Assembly: GCA_965197525.1 (NCBI GenBank)
Contig: OZ240211.1
Coordinates: 1,024,001 to 1,088,000, forward strand
Direction: 5' to 3'
DNA length: 64,000 nucleotides
Source: Nitrosopumilus sp.
GTDB taxonomy: Archaea; Thermoproteota; Nitrososphaeria; Nitrososphaerales; Nitrosopumilaceae
Shown: piece after piece, positions 49,693-60,352 of the stretch
Numbering within the stretch: the stretch's first letter is position 1
How the letters are laid out: every line of letters starts with the position of its first letter
Made by a program: the position numbers and the translations under genes
The notes under the pieces: model-generated
The model's input: the letters and a program-made list of their open reading frames with translations, nothing else
What the model was told of the DNA's origin: nothing
The model's database searches: none

Positions 49693-50324
49693 TCTTCGGC
49701 TTCGTCGTCGTAGTCTTGTTGTTGTTGTTGTTTTTGCTGTTGTTTTGATTTTGAGAATTTATTCACATTAAGACAGTTCCAGACAAGGGGATCGTCTTTT
49801 AGATCACTCTCTTGTAGAAATTTAATGTTGGTAACTGTTTTTTTTCGTTTTAGCAAATTTAGTTTAAAACTAGAGAATTTTTTACAATCGCATTTGTTAA
49901 ACAGACATACATCACCGTCACCTTCGTCATGATCCCGAGCTTCATGACTGCAGTCACATACAGCATCCTTTTTTACATCATCAAGTGACTGCTTTGTATA
50001 TACTCCCAACCTAAAGTATGCCTCACCCCCGTGACCTTCTTTGAATCGCTGATAGTGTTCGGATTTTGGCAACTCTTTGAAGAAAAACATATTCGTATCA
50101 GGTCTTTGTGAATCAGAACCTATGATAAACCAATATTTGTCACCTGTCTCAAGAAATCGAATTTTAATTGATGGGTTAACCCAAGGATGAATAACATCAT
50201 GCCAAATGTGGGTAGCTTCTTTTCTGTCAGTAAATAATGGAACTATGTTCATTCGCAAGTCATAGTACCTATATGCAACACCAATAAAGTCATCAAACCA
50301 TGATATAGAGGAATGCTGAGACAT
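49689..50324 (-). CDS. Conserved hypothetical protein
   Basis: 211-aa ORF with CDCSH..H..C..CDC cluster. Confidence 0.7.
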   Translation of the reverse strand: MSQHSSISWFDDFIGVAYRYYDLRMNIVPLFTDRKEATHIWHDVIHPWVNPSIKIRFLETGDKYWFIIGSDSQRPDTNMFFFKELPKSEHYQRFKEGHGGEAYFRLGVYTKQSLDDVKKDAVCDCSHEARDHDEGDGDVCLFNKCDCKKFSSFKLNLLKRKKTVTNIKFLQESDLKDDPLVWNCLNVNKFSKSKQQQKQQQQQDYDDEAED

Positions 50325-50611
50325 TGTACAAAGTTAGACAGAGAGATTATTTATCTGATCTGAATTAAGCAGACATAGTCAGAAAGACAGATAGTGTGGA
50401 AATGATTAACTGCAAGTTGATTTGAAATGACGGCAAGCGACATGGTTTCTGCAGATGTAACAATAGCAGTAGTATTAGTATCTGCATATGATTGTCCCAC
50501 TGCATACCCCAGAGGAACCAGACCAAACAAACATGCAGATTTCAAATAAAATATACAAAAGCGTACAGATACAATCTAAATATTTATAACGTTGTATAGG
50601 TTAGACGGTAT

Positions 50612-50893
50612 ATGACTACCTATAGAACTAGTATGCAAATTGTTGCAGATTTACTAACTGTTACACAATTATCTGGTCAAGAAGGTATCAAGACAACATC
50701 ACTTTTACAAAAGGCGAATTTATCACACTCTAGGCTGGCAAAATTCTTGGAGAATTTGACAGGCGCAGAACTAATCAACAAGATAGAGTATGATGGCAAG
50801 AACACTTTTGTGATTACTTCGAAAGGTAGACAATACTTGGAATCTTACAAGAACTTTTCTAGTATTGCCCAATCATTTGGATTGGAACTATAA
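50612..50893 (+). CDS. Winged-helix regulator
   Basis: YRTSMQIVADLL..ANLSHSRL..ITSKG; paralog of 36541..36828. Confidence 0.8.
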   Translation: MTTYRTSMQIVADLLTVTQLSGQEGIKTTSLLQKANLSHSRLAKFLENLTGAELINKIEYDGKNTFVITSKGRQYLESYKNFSSIAQSFGLEL

Positions 50894-50982
50894 AAAACGT
50901 CTACTGTCTAAATTATTTTAATACAGACCTCTAGTTTTTCCTGTATATTTTGGGTCTAGCATCAAGAAGCCATAATACAAGA

Positions 50983-51195
50983 TTATTTTCTAGACCTTCT
51001 TTTAGCATTTGCTCGCTCTCTTGCCTTCTTTTCTTTGTAACCGTTGTAAAAGACAATTATCACAATACCTGCAAGTGCGCCATAAAATAATTCAAGTCGT
51101 GGCGGATCTTTGAGCTCTCCAGTAGTGGGTTCAATAAAGGCTATAGGAATGCTGCCAACCATAAAGATCAAGAGCACGACCAAGTATTTGTCCAT
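50983..51195 (-). CDS. Small membrane protein
   Basis: Two hydrophobic segments and a basic tail. Confidence 0.6.
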   Translation of the reverse strand: MDKYLVVLLIFMVGSIPIAFIEPTTGELKDPPRLELFYGALAGIVIIVFYNGYKEKKARERANAKRRSRK

Positions 51196-51240
51196 GGACT
51201 ATCTAATTTACAAAACCATATATCTTTTTGATTTCACAAA

Positions 51241-51573
51241 ATGATAGAAGGTAAACATATGGCAAAGGCATTAGAATTGATAGGATTGGGTCTAGTAGCG
51301 ATAATGACGCTAGGTTTTGTAGGTGCGTTTGAACCATATGGAGTAAAAAATGGACTATCAGAATTGTTTTGGGGCTGTGCAGGCGGCACATTATTGATAA
51401 TCATATACAGAAAGATGCAAAGAAAGAGAGAGAAGAAGAAGAAGAAGAAGAAAAGAGATAGAAGAATGAGGACGTATAACACCAAGTTTATGCGATATTG
51501 TATCAAAAAATATTTTGCTAAACAAGACGACTGCATCAGAGATATAATTTTGCAAGAATTGAAGATGGTTTGA
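51241..51573 (+). CDS. Hypothetical membrane protein, possibly decayed
   Basis: Two TM segments and a poly-Lys tract. Confidence 0.35.
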   Translation: MIEGKHMAKALELIGLGLVAIMTLGFVGAFEPYGVKNGLSELFWGCAGGTLLIIIYRKMQRKREKKKKKKKRDRRMRTYNTKFMRYCIKKYFAKQDDCIRDIILQELKMV

Positions 51574-51884
51574 TTACAGATAACGCAAATAGACATGCTG
51601 TCAAATAACCAAAAAAATGCAAATTCTAAGTCAATGAATCATTTGAATATGTTTTTGGTGTAGATTGTGTCCAGTATTAAGAAAAAAGAAGAGAATGGTA
51701 TTACACAATTACCAATAGACATGTCTATAAAGGACAATATCACAGAATAATATGGGAGTATTTGAGCGAACAAACAAAACGATGGTGGGAAGGTCTCGGA
51801 GAAGAACTAGAGATAGACATTGAGACATTAACTGACAATCACAACTCTCAAGAACTGTCCAAATAATTTTAAAAATAATTATAA

Positions 51885-51958
51885 AGCCTTGAACGGGATC
51901 TGAACCCGTGACCTAACGCTTACGAGGCGTTCGCTCTACCGAGCTGAGCTACCAAGGC
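51885..51958 (-). tRNA. tRNA-Thr(CGT)
   Basis: Minus strand GCCTTGG..CAAGGC acceptor; anticodon arm AACGC-CTCGTAA-GCGTT; T arm ACGGG-TTCAGAT-CCCGT. Confidence 0.92.
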
Positions 51959-52009
51959 ATAATCGATTAAATCCATCAGAGTTAATAAAAAGCCTTTCAG
52001 AGTGATATC

Positions 52010-53338
52010 ATGAAGAATACGATCTCAGGAGTCAGAGGAGTGTTTGGAGAGGATCTGAATTTAAAAGATGTGCTAGAATTTTCCAACAACTTTTCATCGT
52101 TGATAGAATCAAATAGATGCGTTATTGGCAGAGACACAAGACCCACGAGTCAGATGATACAAAACGCTGCAAGTGCTGCGTTGATGAGAAACGGGATTGA
52201 TGTATTTGATTTGGGAGTGGTGCCAACACCCATAGTTTTCAGACAGGCAAGGGGCTTTGGGGCAGGACTAGTAGTTACATCATCGCACAATCCCATACAA
52301 TGGAACGGAGTCAAGTTTGTAGTTAATGGAAGGGGAATCAATGAGGCTGAACTAGAGCAGGTTACTAGGCATCAGAAAGTGTCTGCATCCCGTATAGGTA
52401 TTGAAGAAGAGATACCGCTGTCATCATCGTTAGCATCCTATGTAGAGGACGCAAAGAAAGTCATAGGAGGGAGTATTGAGAGTCGCCCAAAGATAGTGGT
52501 GGATTCAGGCGGAGGTGCAGCAAGTGTGTTTGCTCCCAAACTATTAAGGGAGATAGGATGTGATGTGACTACAATTAATGATACGTTAGATGATGCATGC
52601 TCAAGAGGTCCCGACCCAACAGCTGACAAGCTATCAGAGTTAGTTGCATCTTCTTCATCTTCAAACAATATGGATATAGGATTCGCATTTGATCTAGACG
52701 GGGACAGACTAGTAGTAGTAGATCACGGAACAAAGCAGACACCAGACGTCACACTAGGACTGGGCGTTGCAAAATCTTTGGAGCTTGGATACAAGAATTT
52801 TGTTCTAAGTATAGATACAAGTGTTGCAGTTGAGAAATTCATAAAAGAGAGAGGAGGCACAGTGCAAAGATCCAAAGTGGGAGAAGCAAACGTAATAGAG
52901 TTGATGCTAAGAAATGGCGCCCAAGCCGGAGGAGAGGGAAGCAGTGCCGGTTTTATTTTGCCAGAGTTTAACTATTGCAGAGAAGGAATTCTCACAAGTG
53001 GATTGATTGCATCCATGCTAGGTACTCCCAGGTACGAAGAGATTACAAGTTATATGGATGGCTATCACATACAGAGAACAAAAGTCCGAGTGAACTCTGC
53101 TTTTCATGATGCAGTTATGGACAGTGTTAAAACAAGATTTGCAAAAGATTACTCTGAAACAATAACGCTTGATGGAATCAAAGGAATTGCAGACGAGGAT
53201 AGCTGGGTGTTAATCAGAAAGTCAAACACAGAAGACATCATAAGGGTGTCTGCTGAATCAAGTGACAAAGAGAGATGCAAAAAAATACTCAAAGGTGTAA
53301 CAGAGATGGTGAACCAATGTTATGAGAAAGTTAGATGA
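52010..53338 (+). CDS. Phosphomannomutase/phosphoglucomutase family
   Basis: SGVRG, GRDTR, TSSHNP, FDLDGDRL, GGEGS, RKSNTE. Confidence 0.92.
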   Translation: MKNTISGVRGVFGEDLNLKDVLEFSNNFSSLIESNRCVIGRDTRPTSQMIQNAASAALMRNGIDVFDLGVVPTPIVFRQARGFGAGLVVTSSHNPIQWNGVKFVVNGRGINEAELEQVTRHQKVSASRIGIEEEIPLSSSLASYVEDAKKVIGGSIESRPKIVVDSGGGAASVFAPKLLREIGCDVTTINDTLDDACSRGPDPTADKLSELVASSSSSNNMDIGFAFDLDGDRLVVVDHGTKQTPDVTLGLGVAKSLELGYKNFVLSIDTSVAVEKFIKERGGTVQRSKVGEANVIELMLRNGAQAGGEGSSAGFILPEFNYCREGILTSGLIASMLGTPRYEEITSYMDGYHIQRTKVRVNSAFHDAVMDSVKTRFAKDYSETITLDGIKGIADEDSWVLIRKSNTEDIIRVSAESSDKERCKKILKGVTEMVNQCYEKVR

Positions 53339-54281
53339 GAAAGCAATAATTGAGATTTTGCAGGATAAGCTAGGCAACAAAGACTGGATTGCAGAAGATG
53401 TAGAGGTATGTGACTTTGGTAAAACAAGGGTCATAGTAAATACTGACACCCTAGTTGAGAGTACAGATATCCTGCCATCAATGAAGTTGGGACAGGCTGC
53501 AAGAAAGAGTGTCGCAGCATGCATCAGCGATTTTGCAGCCAAGGGTGTAGCCCCCAAGTACGGTGTCATCTCGGTGAACCTGCCTGCAGGCGTATCACGC
53601 TCAGATATCATCGAGATTGCAGCAGGTCTTAAAAAAGCATGCAAAGAGTACGATATCACAATGTTGGGAGGAGACACGAACCAAGGCAAGGAGGTTGTGT
53701 TTAACGTGTGTGTCTTTGGTGTGACTGACAGAATAGTCACAAGAGGAGGTGCAAAAAAAGGAGATACCATATTTGTCACAGGACCGTTTGGGTATACAGC
53801 AGCAGGACTGGACATACTGCTGCATGGTAAAAAAATAGCAAAAAAGACAAACTTTGTAAACAAAGCCATTAGGGCAGTTATGAGGCCGAAACCTCGGCTG
53901 GATTTTGGCATAAAAAACAAGAGGTATTTTTCAGCGTCAATGGATTCAAGCGACGGGTTATCGACTACACTGGCAGAGATGTCAAGGTGTAGCAAGAACA
54001 GATTTGTAGTAAGCGACATACCAGCTAGAAAGGACTTGAAGGATTTTGCACAGACACGCAAGATGGATTTGGATAAACTTGTGTTTGATGGAGGAGAAGA
54101 GTACGAGTTTGTGTTTACGGTGCCGCAGAAATACAAAGGTGTGATCAAAAAAAATGCCAGAGTGTTAAAGATTCCAATTATGGAGATAGGGTATGTAACG
54201 GCAGGGAAAGGGGTTTTTGTGTATAGGAACGACGGGAAGATGATGCCATTAAGAGATCAAGGATGGAAGCACTTTAGTTAG
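53322..54281 (+). CDS. thiL: Thiamine-monophosphate kinase
   Basis: SDFAAKG, GGDT, MDSSDGL, GGEEYE, GWKHF. Confidence 0.92.
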   Translation: MRKLDEKAIIEILQDKLGNKDWIAEDVEVCDFGKTRVIVNTDTLVESTDILPSMKLGQAARKSVAACISDFAAKGVAPKYGVISVNLPAGVSRSDIIEIAAGLKKACKEYDITMLGGDTNQGKEVVFNVCVFGVTDRIVTRGGAKKGDTIFVTGPFGYTAAGLDILLHGKKIAKKTNFVNKAIRAVMRPKPRLDFGIKNKRYFSASMDSSDGLSTTLAEMSRCSKNRFVVSDIPARKDLKDFAQTRKMDLDKLVFDGGEEYEFVFTVPQKYKGVIKKNARVLKIPIMEIGYVTAGKGVFVYRNDGKMMPLRDQGWKHFS

Positions 54282-54638
54282 CTATTCGCCAAATGATAGT
54301 GATGTAGTACGGTCAACGTCGTTTATAATGCTAAACAGCGAATCAGCAGGCAAGGCAGATACACATTGCGTCATCCATCTCCCATCTAGTTGCTGGAACT
54401 CTTCTAGAATGTCGTCAGGCAGTTGATCTAGGGCTGAGTCAGGATATGCTGCATGTAGCTTGTATCCTTGGTTTGCAATCTGCTGGCACATCTCTTCTTG
54501 TGGAGAGAGTACCGAATTACTAACAGGTGCAAGAAACTGGAATGCAAGAGAACCAAGCAGGGCTACCCCAACTGCAGTTATTATTACGGGTACAACGATA
54601 GAGGCCACCTTTATGTATAGAATAGAGCCGTATATCAA
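54282..54638 (-). CDS. Hypothetical membrane-anchored protein
   Basis: N-terminal TM helix; two Cys. Confidence 0.6.
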   Translation of the reverse strand: MIYGSILYIKVASIVVPVIITAVGVALLGSLAFQFLAPVSNSVLSPQEEMCQQIANQGYKLHAAYPDSALDQLPDDILEEFQQLDGRWMTQCVSALPADSLFSIINDVDRTTSLSFGE

Positions 54639-54998
54639 TAGTTGTAAATTTCAAGACATGTTATAGTTTGGAATAATGTTTATGAACTGCGGTATATGTC
54701 CACTAGAACTGTTTTTGTGTTTCAACGCTTGAATAATTAATAATTACACACAGGTTAAAAATACAATAAATGAAATCAAGGAATATCCTTTAGAAAACCA
54801 AAATTAAAATTAAAACGAGAGCATGTAACAGAGCATTCCCTTCACTACCCCATTCAACATGTCTCTAGTAGTACGAGTGCACTACATATTATCATATAAC
54901 ATGATTGAGAATATAAGCGATCGTCATCTCAAGCAAACAAACCTGTTATAAAATTAGATACAACTAGCTCAAAATATGAGAAGAAATTTAATCATCTG

Positions 54999-55664
54999 AT
55001 GCCGATTCAGACTATGACAAAGGCAATAGTCTTGGGAGGCTCGCGAGGCATAGGCAGGGCAATAACCAAAGCATTGCAGTCAATTGGTATTGATACTGTC
55101 ATCTCTACATCAAAAAGTGACATTGACACATCAGATATCACAAGCGTCAAAAACTTTGTAAAAAAGCACGGTCAGACAGACATCCTAATCTTAAACACAG
55201 GGGGACCGCCTCCCAAAGAATTCTCAGACGTGACAGAACAGGACTGGAATACGTATCACAACCAGTTGTTTTTGGGATTCTGTATCATATTGCAAAATAT
55301 CAAAATAAACGATGGAGGATACATCTTTCTTATCAGCTCAAATGTAATCAAGGAACCGAATCCAAACTTGGTGATATCGTCGGCGTATCGTACTGCATTT
55401 GCACACGTATTCAAAATACAAAGCAAACAGTACGCGAAGAAGAATATCAGTTGCATAAACATTGCACCAGGTCCAATAAACACAGATAGGACACAACAAC
55501 TAATAGACGACATACCAAAATACATCGACACACTTCCAATGAAACGGTTAGGAGAACCAGAGGAGATAGGTAACTTTATCAAATCAATAGTTCAAAACGA
55601 CATAAAATATTTGACAGGTGTTACAATAAACTTTGATGGCGGAGTCTCAAACCACATATTTTAA
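54999..55664 (+). CDS. Short-chain dehydrogenase/reductase
   Basis: GGSRGIG, NTGGPPP, NIAPG, DGG. Confidence 0.88.
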   Translation: MPIQTMTKAIVLGGSRGIGRAITKALQSIGIDTVISTSKSDIDTSDITSVKNFVKKHGQTDILILNTGGPPPKEFSDVTEQDWNTYHNQLFLGFCIILQNIKINDGGYIFLISSNVIKEPNPNLVISSAYRTAFAHVFKIQSKQYAKKNISCINIAPGPINTDRTQQLIDDIPKYIDTLPMKRLGEPEEIGNFIKSIVQNDIKYLTGVTINFDGGVSNHIF

Positions 55665-55666
55665 AA

Positions 55667-56380
55667 TTATTTTCTAAATTCAACGTTTGGTGTATTGCTA
55701 TTATGATTATGATCATCGCAGTTCCCGTGAGCATTATGTTGTTGTTGCTGTTGTTGCTGCCCATCAATAACTATCAGACCACCGTCGCGCAACTGCTGTA
55801 ACAGCTGCAAGACCTCTTTCTCCACCTGGCTTCTTTGCAACCCGGTCTGTTCTGCAAAGATTTGTACCAGCTCTGTCACCTTGCGTTGTCCATTACAAGA
55901 CTTCCAGAAATCAACTATTGCCTGATTTACCATAAATCCTTGTTCATGCTCGTTTGCAAGAACCATGGAACCGTCCTCCTGTCTTACCAGCTTTCCTACA
56001 CCTTGGGGCAGTGCAGTCTCGTAATTGATTGGGGCAGGTGTGTTACCACTGTTCATGTTAGTGCCCATATTCTTTATCTTGATCTTTGCCTCTTCTGACA
56101 TCTTGTCCATCGACCATGCAGGTTCCCAGACAATCTCAACGTTGACATTGTTTACACCTGGAACTTTTTTGGCAAAGCGTGTTGCGTCCTCTACCAACGT
56201 CTCATGCAAAGGACATCCATGAGTAGTCATAGTCATCTTGATGTTGACGTCGTTATTCTCTGCAATATCGATTCCGTAGACGAGACCCATCTCTACGATA
56301 TTCAAGGGAACTTCAGGGTCCATACATTGTTTCAAGGACTCTTCTATTGCCTGTGGAGAGACTGTACTGCTACTACTCAT
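55667..56380 (-). CDS. SufT/DUF59 Fe-S assembly protein fused to a PqqD-like domain
   Basis: DPE..NIVEMGLVY, MTTHGCP, VWEPAWS; C-terminal VNQAIVDFWKSCNGQRKV..L.DGGLI. Confidence 0.82.
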   Translation of the reverse strand: MSSSSTVSPQAIEESLKQCMDPEVPLNIVEMGLVYGIDIAENNDVNIKMTMTTHGCPLHETLVEDATRFAKKVPGVNNVNVEIVWEPAWSMDKMSEEAKIKIKNMGTNMNSGNTPAPINYETALPQGVGKLVRQEDGSMVLANEHEQGFMVNQAIVDFWKSCNGQRKVTELVQIFAEQTGLQRSQVEKEVLQLLQQLRDGGLIVIDGQQQQQQQHNAHGNCDDHNHNSNTPNVEFRK

Positions 56381-56419
56381 ACTCTAGATTGCAGCTTGAA
56401 AAACAATAAAAACTTTCTA

Positions 56420-57484
56420 TTAATTAGCTTGAAATAATTTTAAGAGGGATTCAGTGTATGGTGCCCGCACGACGCCCTTTTCAGTAATAATGCCAGATAT
56501 CAAGTCAGGAGGAGTCATATCAAACGCAGGATTAATCACAGATACACCATCAGGGGCCGTATGAACATCGCCAATATGGGTTACCTCCGTTCCTTTGCGC
56601 ATCTCTATGACGACATCGTCTGCATCAGTCTCCATATCAATGGTGGATAATGGAGCAGCTACATAAAACGGGATATTGTGTGCGTTTGCAATCATGGCTA
56701 CCTGGTATGTTCCAATCTTGTTAAATACATGGCCTGTTCTCACTATTCTATCAGCACCAACGACTACCTTGTCTACAAGGCTGTTTGCCATCGTATAACC
56801 AACTGCAGTATCAGGAATTATACTGACATCAAACCCGTCGTGTTTTAACTCAAATGCAGTAAGTCTGGAGCCTTGTTGAACAGGTCTTGTTTCAGTGGCA
56901 ACAACCTTGATGTTCTTTCCGCTAGAACGTGTTGCGCGTATAACTCCCAAAGCGGTGCCATATCCCACGGTGGCCAAGGCGCCTGCGTTGCAATGTGTCA
57001 TAACAGTATCATTATCATCGAACAGCTCAGAGCCATGCTTTCCCATCGTCATGTTGATTGTAACATCCTCTTGCGCCATCTGGATGGATTTTGCAATAAT
57101 CTTTTGGATGACCTGCTGCGGGGTATCGCCGGTAGCAGGCGCTGTTGCAGTATCCATAATCTTTTGGAGGCCCCATGCCAAATTTACAGCAGTAGGTCGT
57201 GTTGCAAAGAGTGTATCTTTTGCAGTCTGCAAGTCCTCAAGCAGTGCATCCTTGGTCTCAGCGGTACTTTGTAGTGCAGCTAGTGCCATCCCAAATGCTG
57301 CAGACACTCCTATTGCAGGTGCGCCCCGGACTACAAGGGTCTTGATTGCCTGTGCCACCTCTTGGTATGTGCTGTACTCTACAAACTCTAGCTTGTTTGG
57401 CAGCTTGGTCTGATCTATCATCACTACCTTGTTGTCTCTCCATTGTACCGTCTTCAAAAAAGAGTCAAAGTTGTTATCGTTCAA
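56420..57484 (-). CDS. mtnA: S-methyl-5-thioribose-1-phosphate isomerase
   Basis: VRGAPAIG, RPTAVNL, THCNAGALAT, ETRP..QG, NPAFD. Confidence 0.93.
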   Translation of the reverse strand: MNDNNFDSFLKTVQWRDNKVVMIDQTKLPNKLEFVEYSTYQEVAQAIKTLVVRGAPAIGVSAAFGMALAALQSTAETKDALLEDLQTAKDTLFATRPTAVNLAWGLQKIMDTATAPATGDTPQQVIQKIIAKSIQMAQEDVTINMTMGKHGSELFDDNDTVMTHCNAGALATVGYGTALGVIRATRSSGKNIKVVATETRPVQQGSRLTAFELKHDGFDVSIIPDTAVGYTMANSLVDKVVVGADRIVRTGHVFNKIGTYQVAMIANAHNIPFYVAAPLSTIDMETDADDVVIEMRKGTEVTHIGDVHTAPDGVSVINPAFDMTPPDLISGIITEKGVVRAPYTESLLKLFQAN

Positions 57485-57593
57485 TGATCCGTTTATTTTG
57501 TATCCTTATATAAAGCGAATTCATCTGTTTGTGTAAAGGTGCCATACAAGGTTGATACGTTTCAGGTATAGAGCACATCCGGAATTACTAATA

Positions 57594-58613
57594 TTATTCG
57601 TTTAACTTTTCTTTGATAAAACTGATAGAATCAACCGGCGAGGGGTCAATTCCTGACAGTATTGCCTTGTAGATACTGGTATAATCCAAAAAATAGATCA
57701 GGTTTACAAGTTTTGATAGAATGCTGCCACTAACAGAGTGTACAGTCTTGTAACCTATATGATTCTCGTTAAAATAGTCCTTTATGACACGGCACCTCTC
57801 CTTGGTCTTTACGTAGTCGTCCTGTCCCTCAATGAGTATAGGCTGAACAATGGACGGTCTCTCCCAGGATACGATTCCGTTATGGCACGACTCTATGATA
57901 TTCTCTGTGATTGCATGCATCTTTACATTCTCTTGCATAGAGTTCTTGAACCGGATGGCAGCTGCCTGGAGTCCTGAAGGATAATAAATTAAGGGAATGC
58001 CGGTTATTGACTTTGCCAGATTAATTGCAGGGTTACTGTCAGACAGATCCTGAGAAGAGATGACCTTGTTTTGGCGCTCCAGCTCTGATAGGGACTCGTA
58101 TACATCATCGTCGTTTAGATGGATAACCGGTTTTAGTGTTTTTAGCATTGTAAACAGGAATGATACAAACGACGCCCTAGGGGAATGGGTTTTTGGGACG
58201 TATCTGAACTGTAATGAGTGCTCTTGGGAGTACTCTTGCATCTTTCCGCCCGACGAGAATGCGACCACGTTTGGACATTTGAGACTTTGTGATGATTCCA
58301 ACACCGTCATGACTTCTTGCGTATTGCCTGACACGCTAGTTGCAATTACCAGCGTGTTTGAATCAACGGTCTTTGGTAACAGGTATCCCTTGATGACTGA
58401 TGTGTGAATGCTAGTCTTTGATAGTACGGATGCAATGATATCACCTAGCGTACCCGAACCGCCCATTCCAGCAAATACGATGTGGTTGATACCATCAAAA
58501 TCAACTTCGTCATTTGGTGCCTCAAATGCTTTTCGTGCAATCTGCGGCCACATGTCATACACTTTGTACATTCCTTGGGAATCGTACTTTTCAAGTGTAG
58601 GTATGTCAAGCAT
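57594..58613 (-). CDS. Bifunctional phosphoglucose/phosphomannose isomerase (SIS)
   Basis: GMGGSG, SVSGNT.E, PRAS, EN.K, E.CHN. Confidence 0.88.
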   Translation of the reverse strand: MLDIPTLEKYDSQGMYKVYDMWPQIARKAFEAPNDEVDFDGINHIVFAGMGGSGTLGDIIASVLSKTSIHTSVIKGYLLPKTVDSNTLVIATSVSGNTQEVMTVLESSQSLKCPNVVAFSSGGKMQEYSQEHSLQFRYVPKTHSPRASFVSFLFTMLKTLKPVIHLNDDDVYESLSELERQNKVISSQDLSDSNPAINLAKSITGIPLIYYPSGLQAAAIRFKNSMQENVKMHAITENIIESCHNGIVSWERPSIVQPILIEGQDDYVKTKERCRVIKDYFNENHIGYKTVHSVSGSILSKLVNLIYFLDYTSIYKAILSGIDPSPVDSISFIKEKLNE

Positions 58614-59079
58614 GATATTGTGTCTATTTTGAGGGGTTATAAGTGAAATTCAATAAAATTTGTCTGTATCTTTCTATTTTCTCCAAAATATATTCAAGAC
58701 CAGCAACTGGCTGACGATTGCAAGATAGAGGAATCCCACAACAATCAATCCTACTTACAAATCAGGGAGGATTTCGAGGATTCTTCTGAGAGGAAGGTGG
58801 GCAGGGATTCCAAAGTAGGCAATACAGCAGACACTGAAGAAACAGAAAACACGCCTGTGATTAGAGATCAGGTGAGCGTACAGGTGTACTAGATGCTGGT
58901 TAGGCAGTCCATCACCGTGTGAACATCATCAACACTCCAACTAGTACAGTAGTATTGATTTGTAAGACCTCAAAAGATTCTAGCCCATTTATCGAAATTT
59001 AAGGAGAATTGAGTAATATGAATTAGTTAGCGGAATAAACATTGTAGAGTTTGAGTCCAACTTAGAAACATGTATATGA

Positions 59080-60069
59080 TTGACAGTAAAAATACGAATT
59101 GAAGTTATAGTGGAGCATTCTGATCTTGTAGTACAAGAATTGATTCGTATTACCATGCAAAAGCTTTCTGCCAAACAGAGTTATCCATATATCAGTGCAA
59201 AAAAAATTCTGAAAATATTGTTCCAGGTAAAAGAGCAGTTGCCTGACAACAACCCACTGAAAAAACATTTGGCATATTATTGGTATAGAGATGGACCGTA
59301 CTCTGATGTGATCGCTAGCAACATAGACGTTCTCAAGAAAGAAGATAAAATAACCGAACATGTAAAGAGCAATAAAAAAACATATGTGTACAAGATTGAT
59401 TGTAGACATGTCCCTATAGTAAAACAAGATGAAGATATTGGAATAGTGCGAAAAAAGATAGGTGAAAAAGTAGACGAATTTATCAATATCGGAGATACTG
59501 TTAATGATATCTATGATGATGCGCCATTTAGATGGTATAAAACATATCGACTGACCTTTAGATCTCACTTTGAAGATTTTTGTAAAAATCAACCGACTGA
59601 CAGGACTGCCAGATATACCAGCGACAATATTCTAAACGAACTTGATGATGTAGTGCTTGATTATCCTGCAGAACCCCGCTTCATAGAGCTCCGTCCGATT
59701 GTGATGGATTTTGCAAAAATACTTGGTGCATTTTTACTTTCAAACGCCTATTTGAAACATAATGACAAGTTAGACATCCTTCAAAATTTATGTTGTAGAA
59801 TATGGGAGGTGTTTGCATACGGAGTACGGTTGGAATGCCACGATAGTTATTACAACGATCGTATAAATGAGTGGCAGCGCATATATGAGAATAATCTAGC
59901 GAGATTAGACGGCGATATACAAAATTATCAAAAAACATTTGACAAGATTTCTGTTGATACTCGCAAATTTGCTCCAGATATTGAGGACATAATATTGCAT
60001 CCAGAACGACACACGTTCACACCACTTGTTCTAGACGATTTGTTCAATAATTCCAACACATCCTCTTAA
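59080..60069 (+). CDS. Putative Panacea (DUF4065/SocA)-like antitoxin with C-terminal extension
   Basis: KKILKILF..YYWYRDGPYSDVI resembles the Panacea GP motif; directly upstream of a RelE-like gene; start may be 59110 or 59155. Confidence 0.5.
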   Translation: MTVKIRIEVIVEHSDLVVQELIRITMQKLSAKQSYPYISAKKILKILFQVKEQLPDNNPLKKHLAYYWYRDGPYSDVIASNIDVLKKEDKITEHVKSNKKTYVYKIDCRHVPIVKQDEDIGIVRKKIGEKVDEFINIGDTVNDIYDDAPFRWYKTYRLTFRSHFEDFCKNQPTDRTARYTSDNILNELDDVVLDYPAEPRFIELRPIVMDFAKILGAFLLSNAYLKHNDKLDILQNLCCRIWEVFAYGVRLECHDSYYNDRINEWQRIYENNLARLDGDIQNYQKTFDKISVDTRKFAPDIEDIILHPERHTFTPLVLDDLFNNSNTSS

Positions 60070-60070
60070 A

Positions 60071-60352
60071 ATGACAGAATGGAGCGTTGAAAAAAGTGAG
60101 CTTGCAGAAAAGCACATAAAGAAACACAGTCGAGATGCTCAGTTTCAAAAGGCTTTAAAACAGTGTATAAAAACTCTAAGCCAGGCAGAAGATCCGAAAC
60201 GATTTGGAGATCGAAAACATGGAAGATACAAGAATGTGTATGGATACAAACTTACAAATTCACTACGATTACTATACAGCGTAAATTATAATGATCACAA
60301 GATTCAATGTATTGACATTGGAGATCACAAACAGGTATATGGAAAAGACTAG
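60071..60352 (+). CDS. RelE/ParE-family toxin
   Basis: 93 aa; AEKHIKK..L..P...G..K…YKL…RLLYSV..IDIGDHKQVY. Confidence 0.8.
   Translation: MTEWSVEKSELAEKHIKKHSRDAQFQKALKQCIKTLSQAEDPKRFGDRKHGRYKNVYGYKLTNSLRLLYSVNYNDHKIQCIDIGDHKQVYGKD

Noticed and set aside
51600-51880. Start-less open frame upstream of tRNA-Thr as an integrated element remnant
   Set aside because: No start codon, integrase or tRNA 3' duplication found
58640-58900. Acidic open frame without start codon
   Set aside because: No start and no motif; cannot support a gene call
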